Under the pieces are notes generated by a model, which was given only the letters and a program-made list of their open reading frames with translations, had not been told where the DNA came from and did not search any database. Position numbers and translations under genes: made by a program. A stretch of DNA of 32,803 bases from a virus (Duplodnaviria; Caudoviricetes). The stretch is from the IMG/VR virus record IMGVR_UViG_3300037781_000204, positions 1 through 32,803 of that record, one strand, 5' to 3'. Of the stretch, positions 16,066 to 24,236 are shown piece by piece (positions within the stretch are counted from its first letter, which is position 1; every line of letters starts with the position of its first letter).

Positions 16066-16495
16066 TTGGGTCACCTGCTGCTGATTCATAATGAAAGAAA
16101 AATGATACAGCGAATATTGAAATACCATCAGAATTTTTAACTGCAAAAATTGGGTCTGATTCTCTCCAAAGTCCAATGTTTGCCTCTAGTAAAGCACGTT
16201 CTATTTTCTCTGCTAAAGCGTAAGCATCTTTTGAGGATTTCAACTTAGTACCTCTTTTTGCTCCACACAGTACTAGAAGCCCAGCTATTCTGGACTCATT
16301 GAAACTACTCTGATAATCTTGATCGGTTTGTTGCTGAGCAGCATAGAACCTTATGAAAGCATCAGTAACATTGAATACTTCTTCTTCTTTTTCACCAACT
16401 AAACCTTCTTCAATTTGGCTTTCCTTAATTCCTAAGTAGCTTTTTTTCGATTTAAGTTCAGTTAGAACAATTTGTGTCATTTCATCTAATGTCAA
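16058..16495 (-). CDS. Putative tail terminator / neck protein (Mu gp37-like)
   Basis: 145 aa, TTG start coupled to the gp36-like gene; alpha/beta pattern with AYALAEKIERAL helix. Confidence 0.45.
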   Translation of the reverse strand: MTLDEMTQIVLTELKSKKSYLGIKESQIEEGLVGEKEEEVFNVTDAFIRFYAAQQQTDQDYQSSFNESRIAGLLVLCGAKRGTKLKSSKDAYALAEKIERALLEANIGLWRESDPIFAVKNSDGISIFAVSFFFHYESAAGDPNG

Positions 16496-16872
16496 AACTC
16501 TACTACTCCCTCAATATCGAAAGTATTACTACTATCTTCTTGTTCACCTTGTGCATAATATTTTGGGAAGGTCTCTAGCATTTCCTTTGCTTCTTTGTAG
16601 TTGTTATGAATTCTTTGTTTTTGCAGCTCGTCCAAAGTGATATTCAAAGCCAAAGCATAGTATTCCAATATCCAAGCATAAGGTCTTTTTAGTTGTTTTT
16701 TAACCTCTAAGTAGTCAGGATCAGTAATCAGAGCTACTGTGTAATTGGTATATCTGTATATTTCCTGCTCCACTTCATCTTTGATTTTATTGAATTCTGA
16801 TTTACTGTCAGAATCTAATTCTTTGTAAATGAGGTTCAAAATCAAACCTTGCAAGTCTACTAATTCATACAT
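16492..16872 (-). CDS. Head-tail adaptor (Mu gp36/DUF1320-like)
   Basis: VEQEIYRYTNY and RIHNNYKEAKEMLE motifs; 126 aa, helical. Confidence 0.6.
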   Translation of the reverse strand: MYELVDLQGLILNLIYKELDSDSKSEFNKIKDEVEQEIYRYTNYTVALITDPDYLEVKKQLKRPYAWILEYYALALNITLDELQKQRIHNNYKEAKEMLETFPKYYAQGEQEDSSNTFDIEGVVEF

Positions 16873-17020
16873 AATTCTACTCTCATTGAAATTAACAATT
16901 CAAAGCTAACTGACTATTTTCAATCTTTTTATCTATATGCCTATGTAGATAAAGTCTAATCAGAATAGTACCCAAATTGCACCTAATCAATTAAACAACT
17001 ATGCAAAAGGAGTGATTGCA
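16873..17020. promoter_or_regulatory. Divergent late control region with central dyad
   Basis: Gap between divergent virion operons; TTTATCTATAT-gcct-ATGTAGATAAA (16928-16953) flanked by ACTATTTT/AGAATAGT. Confidence 0.7.
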
Positions 17021-17713
17021 ATGGGAAGAAACTACACAACGAAAATAGATGGAAAAGAAGTCGAAGTAGAATTTGAGGATGAAGAAATTCTAAAACAATT
17101 TACTCAAGATGAACTGATTGAGAGAATTGACTCCAAAGATCCAGGCTTCATTAAAAAGATGTTTTCGAATCTAGGTATTAAGTTCAAAGAAACATCTAAG
17201 GAAGATGACAAGCCAAAGGAAAATGAAGATGGTAAATCAAAAGGTGAAAGCGTGATCGATAGCAATCAGTTTACAGAGGCTCTTAAGCCATTACTTGACA
17301 AGCTTGGCAATGTAGAGAATGAGTTAGATGAGATTAAAAAAAAATCTAAGCTAACGGAGCAAGAGCAAGCTAATAAAAAGCTTGAAACTTTGTTAGACAC
17401 TGCAGTTAGTGAGGGCAGAATCGCTAAAGGTGAGCGCGATAAGTGGAAGAAAACTTATGAAGATGAATATGATGGCAGGGTTGATCTATTTGAAAAGCTA
17501 GTTAATACTAGACCTGTTGACGAAAGCTTGAAAAATGGAAGCTCAAATTCATCTAGTGGCCAAAACAGTGGTAATAATAATACTGGTGAGAATGGAGGAG
17601 TTCCAACCTTTAAGACATCGGAGATAAATAAGATGTCAAAAGAGGAATATTCTAAGAATAGAGCTGCTATTAAGAAAGCCTATGAGGCAGACACAATCAT
17701 AATTGACACATAA
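17021..17713 (+). CDS. Capsid scaffolding protein
   Basis: AAGGAG RBS favours ATG 17021; charged coiled coil, LLDTAVSEGRI, low-complexity linker, C-terminal INKMSKEEY...IKKA; precedes the capsid gene. Confidence 0.7.
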   Translation: MGRNYTTKIDGKEVEVEFEDEEILKQFTQDELIERIDSKDPGFIKKMFSNLGIKFKETSKEDDKPKENEDGKSKGESVIDSNQFTEALKPLLDKLGNVENELDEIKKKSKLTEQEQANKKLETLLDTAVSEGRIAKGERDKWKKTYEDEYDGRVDLFEKLVNTRPVDESLKNGSSNSSSGQNSGNNNTGENGGVPTFKTSEINKMSKEEYSKNRAAIKKAYEADTIIIDT

Positions 17714-17750
17714 AATTGAATGTATTAATAATTTTTAAAAGGTAAATAGA

Positions 17751-18623
17751 ATGGATAAGTTTATTCCAGAAATATGGGCCCGAGAGGTCTTGGAAGATTT
17801 CCCAAAGGCTACGGTTGGCTACAATCTTTGTACTACTGAGTACGAAGGTGAAATAATAGGATTAGGTAGTAAGATACATATTCCTTCAGCGCAAAAAATG
17901 ACAGTCGAAAAATACACTGGTGCAGAGATAAACCCTCAAGTACTAGCTTCTAATGATGTTGAATTAGAGATAACTGAAGCTGATTCAATTTCAGGTGAAA
18001 TCGATAGAACTAAGCAGGCCGTATCTCCATACAACTTAACTGGTATTTATCAGAACCAAGGAAGTTTAGCACTTGCTGAATCTTCAGATAAGATGATACT
18101 AAAAGCTCAAGCTGATGGTGCTCATGCTGATAACGTAATCGACACAATAACTTTAACTCCTGCTAATATATTCACAACATTAGAGGAGTGCGCAACTAGG
18201 TTGTCAGAAAAATCTGTGCCTGCTGTTGCTGACAAATTCGCAGTGTTTACTCCTAGAGATATTCAGAATATCAGAAAATCTACGGACTATATTCCTGCAA
18301 AAGACTTAGACCCTAATACATTGATCACTGGTCAAGTAGGTAAGATCTACGGATTTAGAATCCTAGAATCAATGAATGTTTTCACCCAAGTACAAGCTGA
18401 TATTCCAAATGGAGATCCTGTTCACAGGCTTTTACCTTATGGAATGGTAGGAGCAACTGCATTTGCTAATGCAATTCCTGCAAACTTAGTAGAAGCGATT
18501 CCGATGGAGAAAAAATATGCAACTCTAATCAAAGGCTTGCATATGTACGGAATTAAGGTTGTAAGACCTGAAGCTATGGGAGTAATCAAAGTTGATACGG
18601 GTATAACTGGTACGCAAGTATAG
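17751..18623 (+). CDS. Major capsid protein (P22-coat-like HK97 fold)
   Basis: FIPEIWAREVL, YEGEI...GSKIHIP, GQVGKIYGFRILES, GLHMYGIKVVRPE. Confidence 0.88.
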   Translation: MDKFIPEIWAREVLEDFPKATVGYNLCTTEYEGEIIGLGSKIHIPSAQKMTVEKYTGAEINPQVLASNDVELEITEADSISGEIDRTKQAVSPYNLTGIYQNQGSLALAESSDKMILKAQADGAHADNVIDTITLTPANIFTTLEECATRLSEKSVPAVADKFAVFTPRDIQNIRKSTDYIPAKDLDPNTLITGQVGKIYGFRILESMNVFTQVQADIPNGDPVHRLLPYGMVGATAFANAIPANLVEAIPMEKKYATLIKGLHMYGIKVVRPEAMGVIKVDTGITGTQV

Positions 18624-18625
18624 TA

Positions 18626-18713
18626 AAAATTATCGTGGTTGAAGCGGGTTCGGATAGCTCCTGAACATGGGCGGTAACATAAAAGCCGCCCCCGTTTTTC
18701 ATAAAAAAATTTT
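18626..18713 (+). ncRNA. Structured cis-RNA (three-way junction / terminator-like) after the capsid gene
   Basis: GC-rich island; outer stem 18640-48/18691-701 encloses hairpins 18649-65 and 18670-90. Confidence 0.5.
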
Positions 18714-18739
18714 CCAAACAATTTTAAAATGGTTTTAAA

Positions 18740-19090
18740 ATGGCACTTGAGAGATTAAATATAAGTCCAACTAGTTTTGATGCATCACAAAATCATAAGA
18801 TTCTAATTCCTTTGAATTCGGATCACTATATGATGCAAATAAATTACGCAGGATTTGTTCCTGGAGCTGGAACTGCTTTCAAATTACATAGGATTGCCTC
18901 GACGAATCCTAAAGAAGCTGATTTGATTGAAATTGCTGAAAGCGAACAAATAATAGCAGATGCTAATGGAAATGTAATCTACTCAAACGAATTGCCAGAA
19001 AAAGCTGATTTTCTTTGTCTGGAATATACAGCTGATGGAAATGATAACGCATCTACATTTACTGTAAATATGTCTGCGAGGTCGTGGTAA
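18740..19090 (+). CDS. Putative virion (head decoration) protein
   Basis: 116 aa, beta-rich, immediately after the capsid gene; function from position only. Confidence 0.45.
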   Translation: MALERLNISPTSFDASQNHKILIPLNSDHYMMQINYAGFVPGAGTAFKLHRIASTNPKEADLIEIAESEQIIADANGNVIYSNELPEKADFLCLEYTADGNDNASTFTVNMSARSW

Positions 19091-19741
19091 ATGGCTAATC
19101 ATGTCATAATATTGAATAAAAGTGCTGGTGGTGGAGCTTGGGGCTCAATAAGTGGGACATTAGCAAATCAAATAGATTTGAATAATGCTTTAGGGGCAAA
19201 AGTTAATGTAAACGGCTCCAAAGTACTATCTGATAACAATTATACAACAGCCGAAAAAAATAAATTAGCAGACTTGATAAGTGGTGATGGTTGGTTTACA
19301 AAAGTTTTAAATAGTAATGTGATAATCTCAACAACTTCTTTAACTGAAATAACAGCCCTTACTTTTGATTCAACTGAGATGTTGAACCTACTGGGGAATT
19401 CACCTGAAGAATATATAGCTGAAGGAGTCATCTGGATTGACAATAACAACAAATCTGGTCAAGGGTTCATTGCTAATCTTGAAAACGGATCAGGAAATGC
19501 AAGTGCGTTGCTCTGGGAAAATGTAGGTAATATAATGCAGCTTACAAAAGGAATTTATAGCAACTTTCAGCCATATTTTAATCATACAAGTCCTATTCGA
19601 GAAGGAAGTCTTATTAGATATGATATGACTTGTAACAGCTATTCAAAATTAGAGTTGTCTGTCTCACAAAAGTATGCTACTGCAGATCCAGTCTATGTTA
19701 GAAAAGGCTCTTTTCTTAAAATAAAGAAACGTGGTGCTTGA
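19091..19741 (+). CDS. Short fibre-like virion protein
   Basis: WGSISGTLANQIDL...AL and KVLSDNNYTTAEKNKL fibre shaft motifs; beta-rich C-terminal head (GSFLKIKK). Confidence 0.6.
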   Translation: MANHVIILNKSAGGGAWGSISGTLANQIDLNNALGAKVNVNGSKVLSDNNYTTAEKNKLADLISGDGWFTKVLNSNVIISTTSLTEITALTFDSTEMLNLLGNSPEEYIAEGVIWIDNNNKSGQGFIANLENGSGNASALLWENVGNIMQLTKGIYSNFQPYFNHTSPIREGSLIRYDMTCNSYSKLELSVSQKYATADPVYVRKGSFLKIKKRGA

Positions 19742-19742
19742 T

Positions 19743-20174
19743 ATGAAAATCAAAGAGTACATAGGACAAAATGAAAATAATGATTTCATATTTATAGTTG
19801 AGGAAGAGAAAGATTCATTAATGAGAATTGTAGTTGAGGCATCTTCAAAAGAAGAAGCTGAGACTAAGATAAAAAACCTTCGATTTGATAGTGAAATAGA
19901 AATAACTAAATCTAATCTTTTGTCTCAAGTTAGATACAATGCATCTAAGCTTCTTTCTGAGACTGATTATAAGGTTCTTAGACACTTAGGTCAAAAAGAA
20001 TTATCAAGCAAAGGAAAGTTAGCAAAGACAAAGCTATCTGACAAGCAATACGAAAATCTTGAGCTCGAAAGAGAAGCAATCCGAAAGTGGAGTAATGATA
20101 AAGAAGTTGAAATCAACAACGCAACCACAATTGAAGAATTAGAACAGATTAGAGTAGAATATTCAAATGTCTAG
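19743..20174 (+). CDS. Fibre assembly chaperone-like protein
   Basis: LLSETDYKV...REAIR...EINNATTIEELEQI typical of tail-fibre assembly proteins; follows the fibre gene. Confidence 0.65.
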   Translation: MKIKEYIGQNENNDFIFIVEEEKDSLMRIVVEASSKEEAETKIKNLRFDSEIEITKSNLLSQVRYNASKLLSETDYKVLRHLGQKELSSKGKLAKTKLSDKQYENLELEREAIRKWSNDKEVEINNATTIEELEQIRVEYSNV

Positions 20175-20451
20175 AGAAACTGAAAATAGAACTAATAGAG
20201 ATACTATAAATACTATCATTATCTCAATTTTCGCATCGGCAATATTGGGATTGGGAGGCTCACACATTTATGTGTTGAATAAGTTGGCCGCTAATGAAGT
20301 AAGAATATCGCAAACAGAAGAAGCTGTTAGAAAATCGGATAGCAGATACTTAGAGATACTAGGCAAGATTAATGAATCAAACCTAAAACTTGAAAGGCTA
20401 ATGTCTGAGATTAAACAACTGAACAAGCAAAAATCAAATGAGGATAGATAA
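20167..20451 (+). CDS. Single-TM coiled-coil protein (holin/antiholin candidate)
   Basis: TM segment TIIISIFASAILGLGG then coiled coil; in the lysis cassette. Confidence 0.5.
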   Translation: MSRETENRTNRDTINTIIISIFASAILGLGGSHIYVLNKLAANEVRISQTEEAVRKSDSRYLEILGKINESNLKLERLMSEIKQLNKQKSNEDR

Positions 20452-20954
20452 TGAAATGGATTAAAGATTTACTTGACGGAGATATAACGAAATCGGATTT
20501 GCTGAATGCAGCATCAAGGATTTCTATAATAATTATATCGATAATGGCAGCAGCGTATTTTTATTCAATCTATTTAGATAACTCAACTGAGTTAGATCTG
20601 AAGATGAATCCTCACTATTTGATAGCTGAGAACAAAGATATGCCTATAGCTGATAGATTAGAGGCAATGGATGAGCTGAGTAAAATGACACCAGGTCAAA
20701 TAACAGCTTCCTTTGCAATGAGACTATCACAAACTCTGATAATGCTATTTGTGCTATCTATATCATCTAGTCTAATAGCTTATGGGTTTTCTAGAATAAA
20801 GTGGTCTGCTAAAAGCTTTGCAAAATCAAATAGCGCAGTACATATAGCAATAGCTAATTATCATGGTAATTCTACAGATAGAATGCGGGCTTTGGTAGCA
20901 ATCTTTGCAACTGTTTTTATTTCAGGTTCACTAATATTAATGGCACTAAGCTAA
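20451..20954 (+). CDS. Three-TM membrane protein (holin candidate)
   Basis: Three hydrophobic segments; directly upstream of the endolysin. Confidence 0.5.
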   Translation: MKWIKDLLDGDITKSDLLNAASRISIIIISIMAAAYFYSIYLDNSTELDLKMNPHYLIAENKDMPIADRLEAMDELSKMTPGQITASFAMRLSQTLIMLFVLSISSSLIAYGFSRIKWSAKSFAKSNSAVHIAIANYHGNSTDRMRALVAIFATVFISGSLILMALS

Positions 20955-21511
20955 TGAAAAAATCAATGTACATAATTGGCATAATCCTCCTGTTATGGTC
21001 CAGTACTCAAACTGGGTATTCCTACGGGAATACTCAGAATGGGTACGCTCCTAGAGTGGCGCAATATGGACTTAACTTCATTAAAGAAAAGGAAGGATAC
21101 AGATCTGTAGCTTATCAAGATGCAGTAAACAAATGGACAATAGGATATGGGCACACAGCAACAGCTAAAAGAGGAATGAAGATCACTCCATTAGAGGGTG
21201 AAAAATTACTTCGTAAAGATGTGAGGCGATTTGAGGTGTGCGTTTGGAAAAAAGCAAATAGAATATTGGAAGAGCACCAATTTGCGGCGTTGGTAAGCTT
21301 TACCTACAATCTAGGTTGTGGAGTCCTCAAAAGAGGTATTCTAAAAGGAATACGAAACGGTAATGATGCATTAGTATCGTACAAAATCAAATTGTATGTA
21401 TTTGCAGGTGGCCGTGTACTAAGAGGATTAGTAATTAGGAGAAAAGAAGAAGCCCGTTTTTACATGGGCGATGCTGAAATTATAAAGAGGTATTCGAAAT
21501 GCAAAAACTAG
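20954..21511 (+). CDS. GH24 lysozyme endolysin with N-terminal signal/anchor
   Basis: EGYRSVAYQD...WTIGYGHT (E-x8-D-x5-T), ALVSFTYNLG, GLVIRRKEE; hydrophobic N-terminus. Confidence 0.93.
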   Translation: MKKSMYIIGIILLLWSSTQTGYSYGNTQNGYAPRVAQYGLNFIKEKEGYRSVAYQDAVNKWTIGYGHTATAKRGMKITPLEGEKLLRKDVRRFEVCVWKKANRILEEHQFAALVSFTYNLGCGVLKRGILKGIRNGNDALVSYKIKLYVFAGGRVLRGLVIRRKEEARFYMGDAEIIKRYSKCKN

Positions 21512-22017
21512 GCTTCTCATTATTAATTCTTGTACTTGGTGCTGTTATTGGTTGGTTAATCAAACCGGATACAGTTATTACTAATACTAAGCAGGTTAAG
21601 ATAACTGATACTCTTGAAATAGTTCAGAAAGTTAAACCTGAACCAATTACAGTAGAAAAGTTAGTTGTAAAACATACTAGAGATACACTTTATCTAAACA
21701 ACGTGGATAGTTCTTACGTAGCGGATTTATTGACAGAATATTACTGCTCTCGACAGAAAGTAATCGATAGCGGATTTGAGAGGATACAAGCCTATGAAGA
21801 AATTACTACCCTTGGTGACACACTAAATATAGAATTTGCATCTGTAGCTGACATGCTGATGAAAGTTGATATAAAGTTCGCAGCTAGAGATGTTGTTAGC
21901 AAACAGATTAGAACAGTCTATTTACCACAAGAAAATAAAGAAGATGCTTGGTATGTAAAACCAGCAATAGCATTGTCAGGTTTAGCGGTTGGTTATGTAA
22001 TAAGAGGTAACCAATGA
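21499..22017 (+). CDS. Membrane-anchored lysis accessory (spanin candidate)
   Basis: N-terminal TM, T/V-rich beta linker, hydrophobic C-terminus; overlaps the lysin end. Confidence 0.5.
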   Translation: MQKLGFSLLILVLGAVIGWLIKPDTVITNTKQVKITDTLEIVQKVKPEPITVEKLVVKHTRDTLYLNNVDSSYVADLLTEYYCSRQKVIDSGFERIQAYEEITTLGDTLNIEFASVADMLMKVDIKFAARDVVSKQIRTVYLPQENKEDAWYVKPAIALSGLAVGYVIRGNQ

Positions 22018-22125
22018 GCTATTGCTTAAATCAGTATATCTTTAGGAACAAAGTTACAAGCGGCGTTATTGCCATTTCTTGTACCTAAATATACACTGTT
22101 ATTAGGACTGAGTTAATCAATAGCT
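22017..22125. ncRNA. 109-nt long imperfect hairpin filling the lysis-tail intergenic region
   Basis: 22017-22035 pairs with 22107-22125 (17/19); inner stems 22036-51/22079-92 and 22062-64/22071-73. Confidence 0.6.
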
Positions 22126-22178
22126 GTTGTTATTTAAAAAATGAAAATTAATTATTAAAATTTATAAGAGGTCGAGAG

Positions 22179-22820
22179 ATGGGACAAGGCGTAAGGTTTG
22201 GCACGAATGTCAAAGACAAAGTAGTAAGAATATTTAGAGTGAAAGCTGATCACTCTATGATATTGAAACCTAAATCAGTAGGCGATACAGAGTTCGCAGG
22301 AATAGCAGATGCAGAATTTGCATCAGAAATAGTGGGCCCAGTAAATATGGTTCCTAGTGCTGATGGTTCAAATGCAATTGATTTCAATTGTGGTGCATGG
22401 AGTGAAGAATTACTTGATTTTATAAACAATTACAAAGTAGCAGGTTCTAGTGGAGACTCTACTCCATTCCTGGCATTCCATGGTGATGAATATGGTGCAG
22501 GCGGCGCAGCTGCTAGTGATGATGCTTTATTAGTAGTCGTTCATGGTCCTACAGATCCTGATACTGGCAAAATCCTAGCTCTAAGTTGGTTATGTACTTT
22601 AGATCCAACTTCAGGTGGTTCTGCTATAGATCCTAAGAAGACAATTGACACACAATTGAAGTTCAATCAGATTAAACCAACTCAGGACATTGTAATCCAC
22701 GACTCAGCTGGTGCTAAATCAGTACTTAATCCTGCAGTTGTTGATTTCACAACTGAAAGTTCAGATATAAGTTTGTTAGAAGGTAAATACGCATACCATA
22801 AAGCAGTAGCTGAAGTTTAG
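22179..22820 (+). CDS. Putative major tail (tube) protein
   Basis: 213 aa, acidic and Gly/Ala/Asp-rich, GAGG RBS, followed by a hairpin, upstream of chaperones and tape measure. Confidence 0.6.
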   Translation: MGQGVRFGTNVKDKVVRIFRVKADHSMILKPKSVGDTEFAGIADAEFASEIVGPVNMVPSADGSNAIDFNCGAWSEELLDFINNYKVAGSSGDSTPFLAFHGDEYGAGGAAASDDALLVVVHGPTDPDTGKILALSWLCTLDPTSGGSAIDPKKTIDTQLKFNQIKPTQDIVIHDSAGAKSVLNPAVVDFTTESSDISLLEGKYAYHKAVAEV

Positions 22821-22827
22821 GTATGAA

Positions 22828-22867
22828 AATCAAACCCTGCCCATTCCTTCAGGGCAGGGGTTTGATT
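22828..22867 (+). terminator. Stem-loop after the tail tube gene
   Basis: AATCAAACCCTGCCC / GGGCAGGGGTTTGATT: 15 bp with one bulge. Confidence 0.7.
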
Positions 22868-22908
22868 CAACATTGAAATAGTTAATATCATAATAAAGAG
22901 GAAATACC

Positions 22909-23700
22909 ATGAAGAAGTTAGAGTTAGCTGAAGAAATAGCAGCAATAGAAAAAGTAGACGTTGACGAACTGATGAAAAGCTCAAAAGCAGAGCTTAAAGA
23001 CCGTTTGGATGAATTGTTAGCTACAAAGCCAAAAGAAGACTTAATCGATGAATTAATTGATTTGCATAAACAAATCGCAGAAACGGCAATTGCAAAGGGT
23101 GCTCCAGGAGAAGATACTTTAGATGAATTCTTAGCTGAGAAAAGAGCTGAAGCCGAAACATTCTCTATAGCAAATATAAGAGAGCATATAGAAATTTCTA
23201 AAGATATCTTAGTAGGTGAAGGAATAGAGTTAGAAAATGCTAATAATGAGAATGAACAAAGTGAAAGCGACATCACAACTGATTCAAGTGATGTAGATTT
23301 TCATGATACTAAAGAAGCTCAAAATTCAGCTGAGTTAGTAGATGTAATTATCAAGAATGGAAAAGTAGAATTTATATACTCAGACAAATCAACTGAGATT
23401 GTCAATTACAAGCAAAATATGCGCGAGATAGTAACCACAATCTTGAGACAAGCAAATTACGATATCAACATTGCTAACAAACCTAAAGTGAATAAGGTAG
23501 CTACTCAGAAGATTAAAGACCTTACTTACATTAGACTCTGTAGAATCACTCTTGAATTAGACTCAGTGCAAAACCAAGCTGCTAGAGAGCTGCTAAACAA
23601 GCCATTAGATGAAGTATTAGAACATAAGGCAGTAGACATGACTGTTGTCAAGAATATCGCTGATACCTACTGCGAACGTGAAAAAATAGGGAGACTTTAA
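22909..23700 (+). CDS. Acidic protein; possible tail-chaperone paralogue with N-terminal extension
   Basis: GAGGA RBS; lies between tube and chaperone genes; C-terminal half weakly resembles the 23703 protein. Confidence 0.5.
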   Translation: MKKLELAEEIAAIEKVDVDELMKSSKAELKDRLDELLATKPKEDLIDELIDLHKQIAETAIAKGAPGEDTLDEFLAEKRAEAETFSIANIREHIEISKDILVGEGIELENANNENEQSESDITTDSSDVDFHDTKEAQNSAELVDVIIKNGKVEFIYSDKSTEIVNYKQNMREIVTTILRQANYDINIANKPKVNKVATQKIKDLTYIRLCRITLELDSVQNQAARELLNKPLDEVLEHKAVDMTVVKNIADTYCEREKIGRL

Positions 23701-23702
23701 AA

Positions 23703-24236
23703 ATGCAGAACAAAGTCAAACTAGAGTTTATGGATGCAGAGACTGGTAATATTGTAGAAGCAAATGTATTCACAAAATCAGCTTCTAATGCTGTTAGATT
23801 AGAACTCCAAAAGTTAGAAAAGGAATTACGAGTATTTGCTATAAAGCATAGCAAAGAAGTTGCTGAAAAGCATCCGAAGCTATTTGATCTTCAAAAGCAA
23901 AAAGGAAATCTGGAGGCAGTTTTAGAAGCACAATCAGAATTATCTCCTGAAGAATTTGAAGCTGTTCTAGATCTGAATGATAAGTTAGCTAATGAACAGA
24001 TAAGAACTCTAATTGAGGAATTCAAAGTAATGATCGATATTCCTAAATGTATTGAAAAAGGTAGTCTAAAGAACTATCAGATAGAGCAATTAGAATCTAC
24101 ATTTGGAAAGCCGATTGTAGTCTACAAAGACAAAGAAAATGGAGCTAATAACAAAAAATTCGATTTTTGGAATAGCCAAGACTTAGATGTCCTGGGGAGT
24201 GAAAAAGAGAAATTTTTTCGCAGAGTTAAACTCTGA
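23703..24236 (+). CDS. Tail assembly chaperone (G-like)
   Basis: Upstream of the tape measure; ends at a slippery run overlapping a second ORF. Confidence 0.7.
   Translation: MQNKVKLEFMDAETGNIVEANVFTKSASNAVRLELQKLEKELRVFAIKHSKEVAEKHPKLFDLQKQKGNLEAVLEAQSELSPEEFEAVLDLNDKLANEQIRTLIEEFKVMIDIPKCIEKGSLKNYQIEQLESTFGKPIVVYKDKENGANNKKFDFWNSQDLDVLGSEKEKFFRRVKL

Noticed and set aside
12055-16872. Invertase-controlled flippable segment like Mu G
   Set aside because: No recombinase in the window and no matching inverted sites seen at the two boundaries.
18631-18700. tRNA or hammerhead ribozyme (contains GGTTCG and CTGA)
   Set aside because: No T-stem pairing, anticodon arm or CCA; no CUGAnGA/GAAA core.
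22014-22088. 24-codon ORF MSYCLNQ... as an o-spanin
   Set aside because: Too short, no signal peptide or lipobox; the region is better explained by the long fold-back.
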